A stretch of DNA of 51,670 nucleotides from Myxococcota bacterium (GTDB lineage Bacteria; Myxococcota; UBA4151), in the NCBI GenBank assembly GCA_040260805.1, contig JBDQPD010000008.1, positions 1 through 51,670 of the forward strand, written 5' to 3'. This document shows, in pieces, positions 18,175 to 28,034 of this stretch. Both the position numbers and the translations under genes were made by a program. Below the pieces are notes generated by a model. It did no database searches, was not told the DNA's origin, and was given only the letters and a program-made list of their open reading frames with translations. How positions within the stretch are numbered: the stretch's first letter is position 1; the number at the start of each line of letters is the position of its first letter.

Positions 18175-21100
18175 TGCGTTTATTGTGTCTGCTGAGTGTG
18201 GTGTCGCTGATCGCCTGCAATGCGCCTGATTTCACCGCCGCTAAGACGGCTTTTGGTGCATGTACTAAGACCGCTGATTGCACGCGTAACGGAACGGTCT
18301 GCGCCGAAGGGGTTTGCGTTGCGCCCGGCTTGGATTGGGACGGTGGCGCGCCGGCGGATGTCGGCCCTGCTGTGGATGCGAGCACAGTTTTAGACGCCCA
18401 AGTTCCGGTCGACGCCGGCTTAGCGGATTCGGGCCCGGTTGCTGATGCGGGTCATCTTGCCGATGCGGCATCTGGGACCGATGCCGCGCTTCCTATCGAT
18501 GGCGGCTCCGATACAGACGGCGGTCCTGAGGCTCCCCCTGCTTGCGCCTATCGAAGGTTTTCTCCACCCGATGATTACGCGCTGTTCGCGCTTCAAGCGG
18601 GCATAGCGCTCTCCGATTCGATAGGCGAGGGGCCGCGGACGCTGGAGTTCTGGTTGCCGAATTTAGAGCCTCCCGCCGAAGGGAGCGAGCGCATCGATGA
18701 GGTTTCGCTGAGCACTATAGGTTTTGATCGGATGGCTGGTCAGATCAATATGAGCGCCTTTGCTAATTCACAGGGGCTTGGGACGCAGTATGTGGGTGTT
18801 TGGGAGCCACCTGAAAATTTCGATCTTCAGTCACCGGCGCATGTTGCCATCGTTTATGAGCCCGGTGCCGTTCCGGTTCTTCGGTTTTATCTGCGCGGCG
18901 AGCGGCAGCAGTTGGCTGTCCGCGACGCGTGGCATCAGGGCTGCGCGCAAAATAATGTGATCGCTGGTGCGCGTTGTGGCAACAGCGGAGAAGTCCGGAC
19001 TACTGCGACGCGGTTAGGGCCCTTACGTTTGAGTTCGGTTGCCAGCCTTTATGATGAGCCGACTCATCCGATCCCTGAGTTTGAGCTTAGGGCTCTTGAC
19101 TCAACTGTGCTGCTGCTCTCGCCGACGAGCATGGAATTTGGGGCGTGGACCGATTTATCAGGCACAGGTCGCCATGGGACGGTCTCTGGAGCACCTGAGT
19201 GCTTCTCAGGTATAGCGAGGAACGGCTCAAGTGAGCGAGCTGCAGCGCGTACTTGCTCAACGCTGCACGACGATTACCCCAACTTAGAAAGTGGCATCTA
19301 CTGGATTGATCCGGATGGAGAGGGTGGAGATAGTGCCTGGCAAGCCTATTGCGAGATGGACGCCGATGGAGGTGGCTGGACACGAATGGTCATGGTTGCG
19401 CGAGGACAAACGCTTTGGAATGCGTGGAGCCAAGCTCGAAATTCAGATTCGTCAGGCGATAATCAAGCAACATTTGGTATTCCAATACAGAAGTTATCGA
19501 ACAGCGATACGGGCGAAGATCTCGAATATTTAATTCACTTTGACGATACTCGGATTCATCATTTGTATCGAAGTATTAACTACCAAGCGTGGGATTTGAG
19601 CTTGGACTGGGATGAGTCGACCGCAAATCCGTTTGACGACCATTTTCAATTCAAGGCAGTCGGTGAACAAAGTTGGCGAGATTGCAACGCAGCCGGGTTA
19701 ACGCACCACAACGCCAGGTGGAATTGGTCCTTTGGAAGTCGAAATGGGTCGTGCGGTGATGCGATCGATAATCAGGGTTTTGTACTTCATGGCGTATTTC
19801 CGGCGGAAACCTTGGAGACTGCTGCCGTATTTTACTCCAATGGATACGTCGGTAACAGTGAGTGGGCGTGGGTAGAATTTTTCGTTCGAAAATTCGTCAA
19901 GCCCAACGGTTCGAGCGCCGAACAGGCGGCACATACCTGCTCAACATTGCACGATGATTACCCCAACTTAGAAAGTGGCATCTACTGGATTGATCCGGAT
20001 GGCGACGGTGGAACACAAGCTTACCGTGCCCGTTGCGATATGGACACACTTGGCGGTGGTTGGACCATTGTGAAGCGCTGGGGTAGCGGTGCGAATTACA
20101 GCAACAGCTTATTCATGAGCAACACCAACTCGATGGGGCGTTCGGCCAGCGAACAAGGCAGCGTCGAGGACTCGACCTACGCGGTACCGTACGAGGGCGC
20201 GCTCGACGAAGCGAACGAGGTCCTACTTGGGTGGGAATTTACGCAACAAAACGAAGTCGAGCATGCCACGGGTTATGTCTACTGGGATGCAAGCCTTAAT
20301 GATTTTAATCCGGGTGCAGACACCATGGATCGTTGCTCAAACCAAGGTTTTTGGACTCACCGTCAAGGAGGTTGTGAATACAGCAATGGTGACGCAAGCG
20401 TCCTGGGACAGAGTCATATTTTTACTATGAGCTCTTGGCTCATCGGCGACTTAGAGGGAACAAATACGGATTGGTGCAGCTCGCGAGCTTGGGATGACGA
20501 AGCCGGGTTGACTATCCCGAACCCTGGTGGAGAACCGAGCGGCAATATTCAATGCCCAAATTACGATAACGGTCATATTTGGATTGCTGCTCGCCGTATG
20601 GTTAGACCGGATGGTTCGAGCGCCGAACAGGCAGGGCCGAGCTGTAAAGCCATTAAGGATGACCACCCCAACTCGCCAAGCGCAGCCTACTGGCTTGACC
20701 CTGACGGTGAGGGCGATGCGCCTGCTTATCGGGTCTGGTGCGATATGGAGTACAACGGCGGTGGCTGGCAGCTGGTGACCATCATCTCGAACGCCAACAA
20801 TCAAATTCTGGGAAATGGAGATTATTTTCCGTTCGTCGCTGGTCAACACGTCACTGCGTCGCCAGATGACACTGATGCACTTGGTTCGGTTCCTGTCACT
20901 CAGCCGTTTCGTGAGATTATGCTAAGAATTCAGGACCAACCCGGCTGGCATATGCGCTACGTTGCGGATTCAGTCGCCGACGTTCACTCATCGATAAAGC
21001 AGCATTATGCGGATCTTCTGGAGCATGACGTAGCAGGAATCACCATGGGTGATCGAACGAGGTGGGAGTTTTATGCAAAAGCAGGCCCCGGAGCTGATGA

Positions 21101-21317
21101 GATCGGCTTAGGTCACCCAACATTAGAGGGCTTTAATTGTAACAGCCGTAACGTGAGCGCTAACCGACGATTTCCACTGGCGTGCAATACGGGTCGGCTT
21201 GCGGGTGAGCTTCGAGCGTATGATCGGGTGCGCGACGAATCGGAGCATCACGTTGAAAATATCCCCAACGGTACGAGCTTTACCTCAACCGACAAGCTGG
21301 TGCTCTGGGTGCGCTAA
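18174..21317 (+). CDS. Lipoprotein with LamG-like region and three fibrinogen-like (YCDxxxxGGGW) modules
   Basis: TGATG overlap with the upstream gene; lipobox LIAC; DAG linker; RTLEFW and HVAIVY (LamG-like); three SG.YW.DPDG..C(D/E)M...GGGW modules. Confidence 0.75.
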   Translation: MRLLCLLSVVSLIACNAPDFTAAKTAFGACTKTADCTRNGTVCAEGVCVAPGLDWDGGAPADVGPAVDASTVLDAQVPVDAGLADSGPVADAGHLADAASGTDAALPIDGGSDTDGGPEAPPACAYRRFSPPDDYALFALQAGIALSDSIGEGPRTLEFWLPNLEPPAEGSERIDEVSLSTIGFDRMAGQINMSAFANSQGLGTQYVGVWEPPENFDLQSPAHVAIVYEPGAVPVLRFYLRGERQQLAVRDAWHQGCAQNNVIAGARCGNSGEVRTTATRLGPLRLSSVASLYDEPTHPIPEFELRALDSTVLLLSPTSMEFGAWTDLSGTGRHGTVSGAPECFSGIARNGSSERAAARTCSTLHDDYPNLESGIYWIDPDGEGGDSAWQAYCEMDADGGGWTRMVMVARGQTLWNAWSQARNSDSSGDNQATFGIPIQKLSNSDTGEDLEYLIHFDDTRIHHLYRSINYQAWDLSLDWDESTANPFDDHFQFKAVGEQSWRDCNAAGLTHHNARWNWSFGSRNGSCGDAIDNQGFVLHGVFPAETLETAAVFYSNGYVGNSEWAWVEFFVRKFVKPNGSSAEQAAHTCSTLHDDYPNLESGIYWIDPDGDGGTQAYRARCDMDTLGGGWTIVKRWGSGANYSNSLFMSNTNSMGRSASEQGSVEDSTYAVPYEGALDEANEVLLGWEFTQQNEVEHATGYVYWDASLNDFNPGADTMDRCSNQGFWTHRQGGCEYSNGDASVLGQSHIFTMSSWLIGDLEGTNTDWCSSRAWDDEAGLTIPNPGGEPSGNIQCPNYDNGHIWIAARRMVRPDGSSAEQAGPSCKAIKDDHPNSPSAAYWLDPDGEGDAPAYRVWCDMEYNGGGWQLVTIISNANNQILGNGDYFPFVAGQHVTASPDDTDALGSVPVTQPFREIMLRIQDQPGWHMRYVADSVADVHSSIKQHYADLLEHDVAGITMGDRTRWEFYAKAGPGADEIGLGHPTLEGFNCNSRNVSANRRFPLACNTGRLAGELRAYDRVRDESEHHVENIPNGTSFTSTDKLVLWVR
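19254..20002 (+). repeat. Intragenic direct repeat, 19254-19318 vs 19938-20002
   Basis: 65 nt with 3 mismatches, including a 47-nt identical block (19272-19318 = 19956-20002); encodes CSTLHDDYPNLESGIYWIDPDG. Confidence 0.9.
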
Positions 21318-22834
21318 TCGCTGAGCGATCGTCGTCTTTGATCGGCGATGCGCCAGTCGAGGATCTCGTCCATCGGGTGCATCGGGTCTTCGAACTCAAG
21401 GACTTTGGCGGCGTCTAAATCGGTAATGCCGCGGGTTTGGATGTTGACCGATTTGCGGTTGTACAGGGCGCAAAACAAGCGCCACGGGAAGAAGTTTTTG
21501 ACCACCACGATGTCGGCTTTGAGCACGCTCAAGCCGAGCTCTTGGTAAAAGGCGGGCTTCATGACCGCCGGGCTTTTTTCGGTAATGCAGACGCTCACCT
21601 TGCCCTGACGCACCACCACGGCGCGCCCAAAACCTGTGGTCTCGCCGCAGCCGACTAGAATACCCTCGAGGGTCAGTGGCGATGTGACCTCAGGGTCGAT
21701 TTTACCCCCAACGGTGACCTCAACGCCGCTGCCGATCGGGCACTCGTAGAGGCTCTCTACGGCGTCTTCATCGCGCAGCGCAGCCAGGCAGTTCAGATCC
21801 GATGCGCCCTTGATCAGACCTCGGATGACCTCTGTGTTTTCGCCTGGCGCGCCGGCCGTGACCACATCGGAGGTGTCGCAAAAGAACACCGCGCCGAGCT
21901 GGCGAGCGACCTTGGCGGCGCGCGCCTTGACGATGCCTTGCTCGACGCTGTCAAAGGCTGGGGGCGGGACGTCTTTGGTCGCCCACAACAACTCGGCGAG
22001 CTCGTCGGCTAAGGTCTCGGCGAGGTCCGGGTCGTCGTCGGTGACGACATAGCTCGCCCAGCCCAGATCAGGGTGGTCGTGCCAGGGCTGGCTCATAAAC
22101 GCCGAGACATCGAGCACACGCGGGTCTTTCTCCATCTCCTTCATGCGCTTAAACACGGTGCGCATAGGCTGCAAGAAATCCAAGGTGGTGCCGCCGCCAA
22201 GCAGCATGGGCAACGAGCGCCAGGCTACCGCTGGCTTACGCTTCTTGAGCACAAAATCGATGAGCAGCTGTGCGCAGCGTTTCCCCACCGATTTATGGTC
22301 TCGGTGCGGGTTGGTCTTGTAGGCGCACAGCGCATCGGCGCGCTCGACCTTGAGCGGCGTGATCACCGCATGCAGATCGAGGCTGACCACCACGGGCACC
22401 GACTCGCCGACGATAGCACGGACCATAGCGATGAGCTCACCGTCCGGGTCAGTGCTCTCTTCGGAGCGCATGGCGCCATGAAGGCACAGATAGACGCCGT
22501 CCACAGGTCCTGCGGCTCTGAGTAAGGTTTCAAGCCGCTCGCTGAGCGTGTCCATGCACTCGGTTGAGAGCCGAGCGGCAGGCACCGCCCAGGCGCTGAC
22601 CAGGGGGACGGTCTCGATGGCGACACGCTGCGACCGACAGCCTTGGCAAAAGCCGCTGAGTTCAGCGTTTTTCAAAAACCCTTCGGCTTCGGTTTTACCC
22701 GGAACACAGACCGCTGCGAGCTCGTCACCTTCTAAGTAATGGACCCGATGAAAATCGTCGAGCTCGGTCCGCAAAGGCGACAGGGCGTTGGTCTCTTGGG
22801 CGATGCGAGCATACGCTAAACGCAGAGGCTTCAT
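21314..22834 (-). CDS. M81 family metallopeptidase/amidohydrolase (MlrC-like)
   Basis: QETNA, DGVYLCLHGAM, DPDGE, SLDLHA, YKTNPHRD, DIVVVK motifs. Confidence 0.88.
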   Translation of the reverse strand: MKPLRLAYARIAQETNALSPLRTELDDFHRVHYLEGDELAAVCVPGKTEAEGFLKNAELSGFCQGCRSQRVAIETVPLVSAWAVPAARLSTECMDTLSERLETLLRAAGPVDGVYLCLHGAMRSEESTDPDGELIAMVRAIVGESVPVVVSLDLHAVITPLKVERADALCAYKTNPHRDHKSVGKRCAQLLIDFVLKKRKPAVAWRSLPMLLGGGTTLDFLQPMRTVFKRMKEMEKDPRVLDVSAFMSQPWHDHPDLGWASYVVTDDDPDLAETLADELAELLWATKDVPPPAFDSVEQGIVKARAAKVARQLGAVFFCDTSDVVTAGAPGENTEVIRGLIKGASDLNCLAALRDEDAVESLYECPIGSGVEVTVGGKIDPEVTSPLTLEGILVGCGETTGFGRAVVVRQGKVSVCITEKSPAVMKPAFYQELGLSVLKADIVVVKNFFPWRLFCALYNRKSVNIQTRGITDLDAAKVLEFEDPMHPMDEILDWRIADQRRRSLSD

Positions 22835-24312
22835 CCCGGGTTTCTTCCGACCAGTTTTTTCAAGCGATCCCTCGCCGCGTCGAGCTTATCGAGCGCCGTT
22901 TGCGCTTGATCTCCGTATTTGTTGATCAGCCCGAGCACGAAGCCGTCGTCATCGTCTTGACCGAGGTTCGCCATATCCGGCGCGCTGCCGTCCGGCGCGT
23001 ACATGCCCTCCATCACCTTGCGAACGCTGTGTTTGACCAGGCCGCGTACGGGGACTTTTGCCATCATCCCGTACATCGCCGCTTCGCCGCTGCGCTTGAG
23101 CTCGGGGTTCGCTTTGACCACGGCGACGGCGGCGCGCAGATCCTCTAGATACTCGTCGATCACTGGCGCATTGTTGGCGTTGACCGTGAGGTGGACGCTC
23201 GCTGGGTGTTGTTGCCTACCGACATCCCAACCTTTGGCGGCGAGCTGGTCGGCGACCGCATACAGATCCACTTCATCGCTGGCGCTCGCATAGCAAACCA
23301 CGGTGGCGTGCGGTAATCCGAGCAGGCGCAACTCGGGGATCAACCCGATGCCACCGCGCAGCTTCTCTGTGGCATCCCAAGCGTCTTGCGCTAGACGGCA
23401 ATAGCCATCTTCACCCAAGGCCTGCAGCGCGGCCCAGGCTCCAGCGATTGGTCCGCCAGGGCGGGTCCCTGCCATCGACGGGCTGGCGTAGATACCGCCG
23501 CACCAGTCGGTGGTGATGAAGAACTGATGGGTGAGGTAGGTCATGTCTCGATAGATGATGCTCGAGGCGCCTTTGGCGGCGAAGCCGTACTTGTGAAGAT
23601 CCGCTGAGATCGATGTGACGCCAGGAACCCGAAAATCCCAAGCCGGTACCGAGACCCCAATCTTCTCGAGCCAAGGCAACATAAAGCCACCAAAGCAAGC
23701 GTCGACATGCAGCGGCACCTTGTGGCGCTCAGCGAGCTGTCCGAGCTCATTGATCGGATCGACCGTGCCGTGGGGATATTGGGGCGCTGAGCCAACGATC
23801 AGTACGGTCTTGCGATTGATCAGCTTGGCCACTTTGCGCACCTCGACTTGGCCTTTGCTGTCGACCGGTGCGCGCCGGATTTTGAGCCCAAAATAATGGG
23901 CTGCTTTGTCAAATGCGACATGCGCTGTGGTCGGTAAAATTACCTCGGGGTTGAGCAGCCAAGGCTTCTTTTTCTTGGCGCGATCTCGATACGCTTTCAT
24001 CGCCATCAAGATGCTCTCAGTGCCACCAGAGGTCATCGTCCCCACGGCTTCTTCGCCCCCGTGAAGCATCTGGGCGGTCATCTTAACCACCTCTGATTCG
24101 AGGCTTTTTAGGCTCTTAAACGCCATCGGGTTGAGCCCGTTTTCACTGAAGTAGGCGTTGTGCGCCTTCTTCAAAAAGGCGTAATAGTCGTCGTCGACGT
24201 AGTAGACCAAGCTCCAGGATTTCCCAGCTTTGTAATCGAGGTCTTCGGCGCCTTTGGCGCCAAGATCGGCGAGGACGTCATCGAATGGACGACCGTTCTT
24301 TGGAATCGACAT
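22831..24312 (-). CDS. Sphingosine-1-phosphate-lyase-like PLP enzyme (group II decarboxylase family)
   Basis: TSGGTESI, AHVAFDKAA, GSAPQYPHG..DPI, LHVDACFGGF, SISADLHKYG (PLP Lys), YASPSMAGTRPG. Confidence 0.8.
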   Translation of the reverse strand: MSIPKNGRPFDDVLADLGAKGAEDLDYKAGKSWSLVYYVDDDYYAFLKKAHNAYFSENGLNPMAFKSLKSLESEVVKMTAQMLHGGEEAVGTMTSGGTESILMAMKAYRDRAKKKKPWLLNPEVILPTTAHVAFDKAAHYFGLKIRRAPVDSKGQVEVRKVAKLINRKTVLIVGSAPQYPHGTVDPINELGQLAERHKVPLHVDACFGGFMLPWLEKIGVSVPAWDFRVPGVTSISADLHKYGFAAKGASSIIYRDMTYLTHQFFITTDWCGGIYASPSMAGTRPGGPIAGAWAALQALGEDGYCRLAQDAWDATEKLRGGIGLIPELRLLGLPHATVVCYASASDEVDLYAVADQLAAKGWDVGRQQHPASVHLTVNANNAPVIDEYLEDLRAAVAVVKANPELKRSGEAAMYGMMAKVPVRGLVKHSVRKVMEGMYAPDGSAPDMANLGQDDDDGFVLGLINKYGDQAQTALDKLDAARDRLKKLVGRNPG

Positions 24313-24431
24313 AGACCCCCCCTTGGGCAGGCTTGGCTTCTAGCGCCAAGTGCGTGCTCTGACTAGGAATGCTCGTGGTTTCTTGAGCCTAGGGCTCTGC
24401 CAGGCCAGAATGAGGAGGAACGGAGACCTCC

Positions 24432-25739
24432 TTGCGCGCAGTGACCAGCCTATTGATGACCCTTTGCCTCGGCGCCTGCAGCGCCGAGATTGAAGTGGGC
24501 AGCGTTGAGCGCTCAGCGGGCTATGGCGGTCCGTGTGTACCGGGCTCCATCTGTGCAAACGGTCTGAGCTGCTTGTTTGGGTATTGCCCGATCGTGGATG
24601 CGGGGCCGATCGGCGATGCGTCGGTGTCGAACGCTGACGCAGCCGGCCTTGAGCCGGGTGAATGTGGGGACGGTGTGCTGAATGCTGGTGAAGCCTGCGA
24701 TGATGGCAACGTCGATGAGACCGACTCCTGCCTCAATGATTGCAGGCTTGCGACCTGCGGTGATGGCTTAGTTCGTCGAGACCTCGGACCACGTGACGAT
24801 GGGTATGAGATCTGTGACGACGGCAACTTAGTCAATGAGGACGCATGCACGAACGCCTGCGTGGTCGCAGTCTGCGGCGACGGCATCTTGCGCGCTGACG
24901 TGTCTGAGGATGATCGCGCCTATGAGGCTTGTGATGATGGCAACATCGAGTCCAACGATGGCTGCATAGACGGCTGTATGGTGGCGACGTGCGGTGACGG
25001 ATTCGTCTACGAAGGTGTCGAAGCTTGTGATCCGGGGACCGATGGACTTGAGGCGTTGTGCACCGAGGACTGCCAGCTGCAGGGCAACGCACGACTGGGC
25101 TCTGGCGCGAGCGCCGACCAAGCCGCCTCGAGCTGCCAAGTGATCAAGGTCTTAGTCCCTGAAGCAGCGGATGGGTTGTATTGGCTCGATTTTGATGGTC
25201 CCGAGGGGGAGTCGGCGGTGCAGGTTCAATGCGACATGAACACCGAAGGCGGTGGTTGGACGCGAGCGGTGATGCTTCGCCGCGCCGACGCGCTTTGGGA
25301 TGCATGGCTGACGCGTTCGGGCGATCCCGCCGCAGGCGTTTTGTATGGTCTGCCGCTCCGCGCCTTTGCGGCTGATGACCAAGGCGAGCGGCTTGAGTTT
25401 TTCTTCAAGATCGATGGCGTCGCTCGGCAGATCCTTTACCGAGGGGTGAACTACAGGGCTTGGGATCCCGTGTTGGGCAATCAGCAGTTTGATTCAGAGT
25501 TTGAGCTCAAGCTCTTTGAGAATGAGGCCTACGAGACCTGCGCTGCGGGTTTAAGCCACGCGAACAGCGCATGGAATTGGTCTGCAGCGAGTGGCGCCAA
25601 TGGATGCGCTGGATACACCACCACCGGTTTTATTGTGCATGGACAAGGTCGCGAGCATGATCGCGCCCATCAACTGTACGGTCTTCGTGGCTACCGAGCG
25701 GCGACCACCTTTCAGACCATTGAGGTATTTGTTCGGTGA
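24432..25739 (+). CDS. Lipoprotein with 4 Myxo Cys-rich repeats (DUF4215-like) and a fibrinogen-like head
   Basis: TTG start, lipobox LGAC, CGDG..CDDGN repeats, DGLYWLD..QCDMNTEGGGWT, ends IEVFVR. Confidence 0.8.
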   Translation: MRAVTSLLMTLCLGACSAEIEVGSVERSAGYGGPCVPGSICANGLSCLFGYCPIVDAGPIGDASVSNADAAGLEPGECGDGVLNAGEACDDGNVDETDSCLNDCRLATCGDGLVRRDLGPRDDGYEICDDGNLVNEDACTNACVVAVCGDGILRADVSEDDRAYEACDDGNIESNDGCIDGCMVATCGDGFVYEGVEACDPGTDGLEALCTEDCQLQGNARLGSGASADQAASSCQVIKVLVPEAADGLYWLDFDGPEGESAVQVQCDMNTEGGGWTRAVMLRRADALWDAWLTRSGDPAAGVLYGLPLRAFAADDQGERLEFFFKIDGVARQILYRGVNYRAWDPVLGNQQFDSEFELKLFENEAYETCAAGLSHANSAWNWSAASGANGCAGYTTTGFIVHGQGREHDRAHQLYGLRGYRAATTFQTIEVFVR

Positions 25740-27961
25740 AGCGACTTGTTTTGATCCTAAGCTTGCTGCCGTTAGCGGCTCTCGCCAATGAGGATGATAT
25801 TTTCCTTCAAGGCATGGCTCCAGAGGTTGAGTCTGCTGAAAAGACGCCGATATTTGTCGTGCCACTGCAGCCTGTATGGAACAGCGCAGACGCTAATCTT
25901 CTGCTCAAAGTGGGTAAGAACTTAGTGACCTTGATTGAAGAGGCGGGCCCTTGGAAGGTCGTCTTCTTTGATGAGACCTCAGCGCTTCGAAAGGTCCAGG
26001 ACCACGAGGCGCGTCTGCACAAAAAGTGGCTCAAAGAGGTCGTGTACACCGAGGCGCTACTCAAGCACCGCCGCGCAGGTCACGCAACGTCTGGAGCGGG
26101 TCGGGTGACACGCCTTCAGGGTCAAAACGCAGGCTACTTGAGAACTCCGAACCTGTACTGTCGCAGCTTAGCGATCGCCGCCGAAGGTCATTTGTTCATG
26201 GGGCAAATTGCCAAGGCGAAGAAGAAGCTCCGTCGGCTCGCTGGGACCTGTGAAATGGGTGACCTTGCGAAGAGCCGGCTTAATTTTACGAAGCGCTTTG
26301 AGTCCTTGCTTGGCGAGGCACGCGAAGCGGCGAAGCGCGAGGCGACGGGTGAGCTCTCGGTCACCACGGATGTCCCGGGAACTGATGTGTATTTGAATGG
26401 GCGTAAGCTCGGACCTGCGCCGTTGACCTTGCAGGGCATTCCAGCCGGCGACCATCTGGTCGGTGTGTTTCGAACAGGGTTCAAGCCTTGGGGTAAAAAG
26501 GTTCGAATTGACGCCGGTGAGTCGGTGTCGGTTCAAGCGACCGTCACGCGCGGCATGGGGGGGCAGGCGCAGCAGCGGATGCTCTCGACCTTGCGTGATA
26601 ACCGCGTGGACGCCAACGTCGCTCGAGTGGCGGGGCGCTTGTTTAAGCGTCACGGTAAAAAGGCCGTCATGGGCTTGTTCGGCGGGGTCGCCAAGCAGAA
26701 CAACGAGATCTGGGTCACCTTGTACGCGGTCGACAAAAAGGGGCGATCCATTCGGCTCAAGCAGATGAAGTTTGATCCGGACTTTTTGACAGCTCACCTG
26801 AGCTTGTCACCGGTCATGGAAGAGCTCGGTGCGCTCAAGGAAGACTTTCAAGGTACGCTGTTGTCTCAGGCTATTTTGCTCGATGGTTTGAACGCGGTGG
26901 TGATGAAGCCGCGCGAGCTCAAATGGCGCTTGATGAAAGAAGAGGTCAAAGAGGCGGTCGGTGAACGCGTCGCTCGGGGGCCGATTCGTCGAGGGTCGGG
27001 CAGCGTAAGGGGAAGCGCAGCTTCACCCGAAAAGATCGCTCGAGCGGCAAAACCGGTGGCCGAAGCCGCGCCTGCTTTTGCGGCGCCACCCTCAAAGGCT
27101 AAAGCCAAGGCGAAACCCACCAAGCCCGCTAAGGTCGAGCCGGTGGTCCAACCCAAGCCCGCTCCGATGCCCATCATAGAAGACGATGAAGAAGAGAGTT
27201 TAGCCGCCGAGATGGAAGCTTTGGCGGTTCAAGAGGCGAGCCAAGCGACCGGTTTAACGATCGCCCAGCTTCAGGCGCGCGCTGAGCGCGACATGCGGAT
27301 GCGCATCTGGGACGCGATGGATCCCGACCTGACGGCTGAGTTCACCGCCTTGGGTGCGCTTGGCTTGAGCAGCGCCGATGGCGCAGCGATGCAGATCACC
27401 TTGTTGCGTCGCCAGCCCACTCCTCGACTCGGGTTATGGGGTGGTTACGGTGTCGAGTTCATGGCGGGCAAGCTCGGAGCGCAGTGGCAAGACCGTGTAG
27501 CGTTTGCCGCTCTTGAGCTCCCCTTCAAAGAGACCACACGGCAGGACCCTGTGTTGCAAGAGCGTGTTCGGGTATCGACCTCGAGCAGCTATGGGCTGCG
27601 CGCAGTGGGTCGCCTGGGGCTTGATCTAGGGAACGGGACCCTGCGCGCCATCGGTCAGGCTGGTCTTGGCTACGCCAGCCACCAAGCGACTTTAAGGCAT
27701 GAGCAGTACACGTTGGATGAGTCAGGCGCAGAGGTCGAAGGAAGCGCGGTCTCGCTTCGCGATTCGATCCCCTTCTCCTGGGTAGGGCCCGAGTTGAGCG
27801 CCGCGGCGGGGGTCGCCTATCGTTTGGTGGGTACGAGCTGGCGAATGAACGCTCGCCTGCAGTGGCAGCAGACGTTTTTGGGAACCGTTCAAAGCTTTGT
27901 CAGCGGAGCAGGAACGCAATCGAGCCTCGGACTTGCTGTGGGCGTGTCGGGGACTTTTTAG
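25736..27961 (+). CDS. PEGA-domain protein with C-terminal outer-membrane beta-barrel
   Basis: GTGA overlap; signal peptide; PEGA motif GELSVTTDVPGTDVYLNG..G.APL..IPAGDH; Pro/Lys linker; amphipathic strands ending LAVGVSGTF. Confidence 0.75.
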   Translation: MKRLVLILSLLPLAALANEDDIFLQGMAPEVESAEKTPIFVVPLQPVWNSADANLLLKVGKNLVTLIEEAGPWKVVFFDETSALRKVQDHEARLHKKWLKEVVYTEALLKHRRAGHATSGAGRVTRLQGQNAGYLRTPNLYCRSLAIAAEGHLFMGQIAKAKKKLRRLAGTCEMGDLAKSRLNFTKRFESLLGEAREAAKREATGELSVTTDVPGTDVYLNGRKLGPAPLTLQGIPAGDHLVGVFRTGFKPWGKKVRIDAGESVSVQATVTRGMGGQAQQRMLSTLRDNRVDANVARVAGRLFKRHGKKAVMGLFGGVAKQNNEIWVTLYAVDKKGRSIRLKQMKFDPDFLTAHLSLSPVMEELGALKEDFQGTLLSQAILLDGLNAVVMKPRELKWRLMKEEVKEAVGERVARGPIRRGSGSVRGSAASPEKIARAAKPVAEAAPAFAAPPSKAKAKAKPTKPAKVEPVVQPKPAPMPIIEDDEEESLAAEMEALAVQEASQATGLTIAQLQARAERDMRMRIWDAMDPDLTAEFTALGALGLSSADGAAMQITLLRRQPTPRLGLWGGYGVEFMAGKLGAQWQDRVAFAALELPFKETTRQDPVLQERVRVSTSSSYGLRAVGRLGLDLGNGTLRAIGQAGLGYASHQATLRHEQYTLDESGAEVEGSAVSLRDSIPFSWVGPELSAAAGVAYRLVGTSWRMNARLQWQQTFLGTVQSFVSGAGTQSSLGLAVGVSGTF

Positions 27962-28034
27962 TTCGGTTGCTCGGTGCCTTGTCGGATGGGCTCATCGTCC
28001 AAACCCGGGCATAGGCGTGGCGAGGAGTCGTTTG

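Noticed and set aside
19254..20632. Diversity-generating retroelement TR/VR pair
   Set aside because: There is no reverse transcriptase in the window, the mismatches are synonymous and not adenine-specific, and the repeats lie at module starts rather than in a C-terminal variable region.
21314..22834. Microcystin degradation (mlr) cluster
   Set aside because: Only an M81 family member is present; no mlrA, mlrB or mlrD.
24432..27961. Direct traAB assignment
   Set aside because: No PA14 domain, MYXO-CTERM or OmpA domain is visible; the resemblance is architectural only.
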